A stretch of DNA of 7,085 nucleotides, taken from positions 1 to 7,085 of IMG/VR virus record IMGVR_UViG_3300038335_000079. The stretch is one strand, 5' to 3'. This DNA is from a virus. The notes beneath the pieces were generated by a model. The model had not been told where the DNA came from and ran no database searches. It saw nothing but the letters and a program-made list of their open reading frames with translations. The number at the start of each line of letters is the position of its first letter. The first letter of the stretch is position 1. A program made the position numbers and the translations under genes. Below are positions 5,210-7,085 of this stretch, piece by piece.

Positions 5210-6718
5210 TTAGAGCTTGAGAGAGAAGGCCCGGATCAGACCCAGGTACGCAAGGATGTGCATCATTACGCGAATGAACGTACCCACGTCGCACAGAATC
5301 CCGGTATCGAAATTGAGCGTAGCACCCATAACCTCGATCGGCTCGACATGGATGCACTCCGACGTGTACGTGATATAGGACTGCTGAGACTGCTGATAGA
5401 CCTCACTGATGTCCCAATCGAAAGAGCCATCTTTATTGAGCGCCGCCGCAGCGTCCGCTTCGCTAATTGACGAAACAGCATCCACCCCGGCTTGCCCGAG
5501 CGTCGCCAAGTCGTTCGCCTCCCGCATCCACGCCGTCGCGCAGGTCTCCTCCCAAGACGCCCGCGCAATCGCACAATCGACAGCATCCCCGGTACACGTA
5601 AAGCCCGCCGAACACGTACCCGACCACGCCGATTTGTCGCCCTCAGTCCCGACACAAACGGCCGATTTCGGATTTTGTTCGCAGAATGTCGGCTGCGCCT
5701 GCTCTTTCTTTTCGGTCGTTGTTTCCGTGCCGGTCGTATTGCCGCTCGCGTCCTTCGTTTCCGTCGTCTTAGTCGTTGTCGTACTGCAAAGGCTGCCCGT
5801 ACAAGAAGTGGTTTCTTCCGTGGTGGTTGTCGTGCTAGAACCATCCGGGTTAGTCGTCGTTGAAGTAGTCGGAGCCTTCGTTTCCGATCCCGCCTTCGTG
5901 CCACCGTCGATCCCCGACGTACCGGCCCCCGCACCGACGCACGTATAAACCCCATTCACTTCGCCATAGGCCCCGCCGTTCGCGGAACAGTCCTGCGCGT
6001 CCTCGCCGCTGTCGTACCAAGGCTTCGTTTCGTTCTCCGTACCGAAATCCGTTACTTCCGACAACTGCCCGCCATAGCTGTCGCACGTACGACCGTTGAA
6101 CTGAAACGGCCCCGTCCCCATGCAATAAGCACCAAGGGAAATCATGTCGCCATTCGCGTCGTTATTCCATTGGCACGCCACCCCACCCTGCGCAACCGCC
6201 GCGCACCCCTCAACACAAAACGATTGCGACCCGTTGTAACTGCGCGGGTCTTCCACACCAAGAACCGCGTAGGAGTTCGACCGGCCCGCGATCCGACCCG
6301 CCATGTTGGTGCAATCCTTAGCGCATAGCCCGTCCGCCCCCCTAGTCTCGCCTGCATCGCAGGCCGGTGCATTTACGCACGTAGTTCCCGAGATAGTTCC
6401 GCCATAGGGACACTCATATGCCGTTGTAACAGAGCCGCCCCCTACGCCAGCGTTATACCAACCGCCAGACGCATTATCTTGCCAGAGGCACGACGTACCC
6501 GTTCCCGGATATTTCGCATCGCCATATGTCCCCGGATACGATGACGACATTTCGAGCGCGACCCGACATGCCAAATCAGCCGTAGTGACGTGTGTGGTTG
6601 GCGACTTCGTGTTGTACCAGTAGGAGCTCGCCGGGTAATCGTCCGCAAACGCCAGCCCCGCTGCAAACGTGAGAACGAACCCCGCGAGGAAGAAAATCAG
6701 TCGTTTAGCATTAGCCAT
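5210..6718 (-). CDS. pIII-like adsorption / minor coat protein, 502 aa from the ATG at 6718 (ORF track extends to a TTG at 6748)
   Basis: From the ATG at 6718 the N-terminus MANAKRLIFFLAGFVLTFAAGLAFA-DD is a canonical signal peptide. A Cys-rich N-terminal domain follows. A Thr/Ser-rich linker is encoded at about 5705-5899. The C-terminal hydrophobic anchor is GILCDVGTFIRVMMHILAYLGLIRAF. Position is after the coat gene. Confidence 0.75.
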   Translation of the reverse strand: MANAKRLIFFLAGFVLTFAAGLAFADDYPASSYWYNTKSPTTHVTTADLACRVALEMSSSYPGTYGDAKYPGTGTSCLWQDNASGGWYNAGVGGGSVTTAYECPYGGTISGTTCVNAPACDAGETRGADGLCAKDCTNMAGRIAGRSNSYAVLGVEDPRSYNGSQSFCVEGCAAVAQGGVACQWNNDANGDMISLGAYCMGTGPFQFNGRTCDSYGGQLSEVTDFGTENETKPWYDSGEDAQDCSANGGAYGEVNGVYTCVGAGAGTSGIDGGTKAGSETKAPTTSTTTNPDGSSTTTTTEETTSCTGSLCSTTTTKTTETKDASGNTTGTETTTEKKEQAQPTFCEQNPKSAVCVGTEGDKSAWSGTCSAGFTCTGDAVDCAIARASWEETCATAWMREANDLATLGQAGVDAVSSISEADAAAALNKDGSFDWDISEVYQQSQQSYITYTSECIHVEPIEVMGATLNFDTGILCDVGTFIRVMMHILAYLGLIRAFSLKL

Positions 6719-6766
6719 GCCGCCCCCAACACCGCAACCATTAGCCAAAGTCCCATGGCGACCCCC

Positions 6767-6793
6767 AAATGAAAACGGCGGGAATCCCCGCCG
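6767..6793 (-). terminator. Rho-independent terminator downstream of the major coat gene
   Basis: Minus-strand reading is CGGCGGG-gatt-CCCGCCG (6793-6776), followed by TTTTCATTT (6775-6767), 63 nt after the coat stop. This is analogous to the post-gVIII terminator in Ff phages. Confidence 0.6.
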
Positions 6794-6855
6794 ATCTGCT
6801 GACGGTGCGACGTGTCAGCCAAGCTGCCCCGGCGCACCGCCCCCGGATAGCGGAA

Positions 6856-7056
6856 TTAACCGGCCTTCCGCACCCACTTGAACACCTTCGCACCATAGTG
6901 GATGGTGAGGACAGCACCGCCGATCAGAGCAATCGGCGTCGCGGCTGCGAGGATATCAGTCACGATATCGGTAACATCCACGGCAGCCGATGCGAGGCCA
7001 GCAGCGAGCGACAGACCGCCAGCGACGGCGGATTGGTACAGGGTCTTAACTTTCAT
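6856..7056 (-). CDS. Major coat protein (pVIII-like), 66-aa precursor
   Basis: Signal peptide MKVKTLYQSAVAGGLSLAAGLASA. The mature ~42-aa chain has an acidic N-terminus (AVDVTDIVTD), a hydrophobic core (ILAAATPIALIGGAVLTI) and a basic C-terminus (KVFKWVRKAG). RBS AAGGAG lies 8 nt upstream. Confidence 0.9.
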   Translation of the reverse strand: MKVKTLYQSAVAGGLSLAAGLASAAVDVTDIVTDILAAATPIALIGGAVLTIHYGAKVFKWVRKAG

Positions 7057-7085
7057 TTCTACGACTCCTTTTCATCAGGAAGATT
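6959..7085. repeat. Terminal direct repeat, copy 2 (identical to 1-127)
   Basis: See copy 1. It also contains the last codons and stop of the 79-aa ORF (7059-7085) and the first 98 nt of the coat gene. Confidence 0.95.

Noticed and set aside
5266-5955. 229-aa extremely Arg-rich ORF, plus 5409-5948, 5492-5863, 5850-6125, 6142-6372, 6442-6666 and 4916-5470, overlapping the pIII-like and pVI-like genes
   Set aside because: These are off-frame artefacts across the repetitive Thr-linker DNA and GC-rich coding sequence. Their composition (poly-Arg, poly-Val) is not protein-like.
6719-6748. TTG start at 6748 giving a 10-residue N-terminal extension (MANGCGVGGG) on the pIII-like protein
   Set aside because: The ATG at 6718 yields a textbook signal peptide with a G-rich SD-like motif just upstream. 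The extension would bury the signal peptide's n-region. It is kept only as an alternative.
6669-6881. 70-aa plus-strand ORF and 6590-6772 across the coat/pIII intergenic region
   Set aside because: They are Pro/Arg-rich and antisense to the signal-peptide coding region and the terminator. There is no RBS.

Overview
The window is a complete, circularly permuted filamentous-phage (Inoviridae-like) genome. Bases 1-127 recur exactly at 6959-7085, so the unit length is 6,958 bp and the window closes on itself. A 127-bp overlap looks like an assembler k-mer overlap, not biology. The morphogenesis and replication operon runs on the minus strand. In order it encodes a Cys-rich small protein (1948-1676), a Rep_trans/RstA-like RCR initiator (1679-654), a gV-like ssDNA-binding protein (637-344) and a 79-aa membrane protein (340-101). 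After wrapping it continues with the major coat protein (7056-6856), a terminator, a pIII-like adsorption protein (6718-5210), a pVI-like protein (5200-4853) and a Zot/pI-like assembly NTPase (4856-3741). No pIV secretin, integrase, tRNA or CRISPR is visible. The plus strand carries the accessory and lysogeny side. An HTH repressor-like gene (2133-2555, GTG start) diverges from the early operon across a region holding three TGTCAGT-N5-ACTGACA palindromes. An AT-rich dif-like (XerC/D) site is embedded in the repressor's 3' codons. A roughly 600-nt ORF-poor stretch contains a 25-bp-arm hairpin. Two small lower-GC genes of unknown function (3185-3454, 3490-3735) converge on the Zot gene. The most interesting items are the repressor/dif overlap, the unknown two-gene module, the Cys-rich protein coupled to Rep, and the large structured non-coding region. 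GC content is about 60%, which suggests a GC-rich proteobacterial host. The host cannot be determined from this sequence alone.
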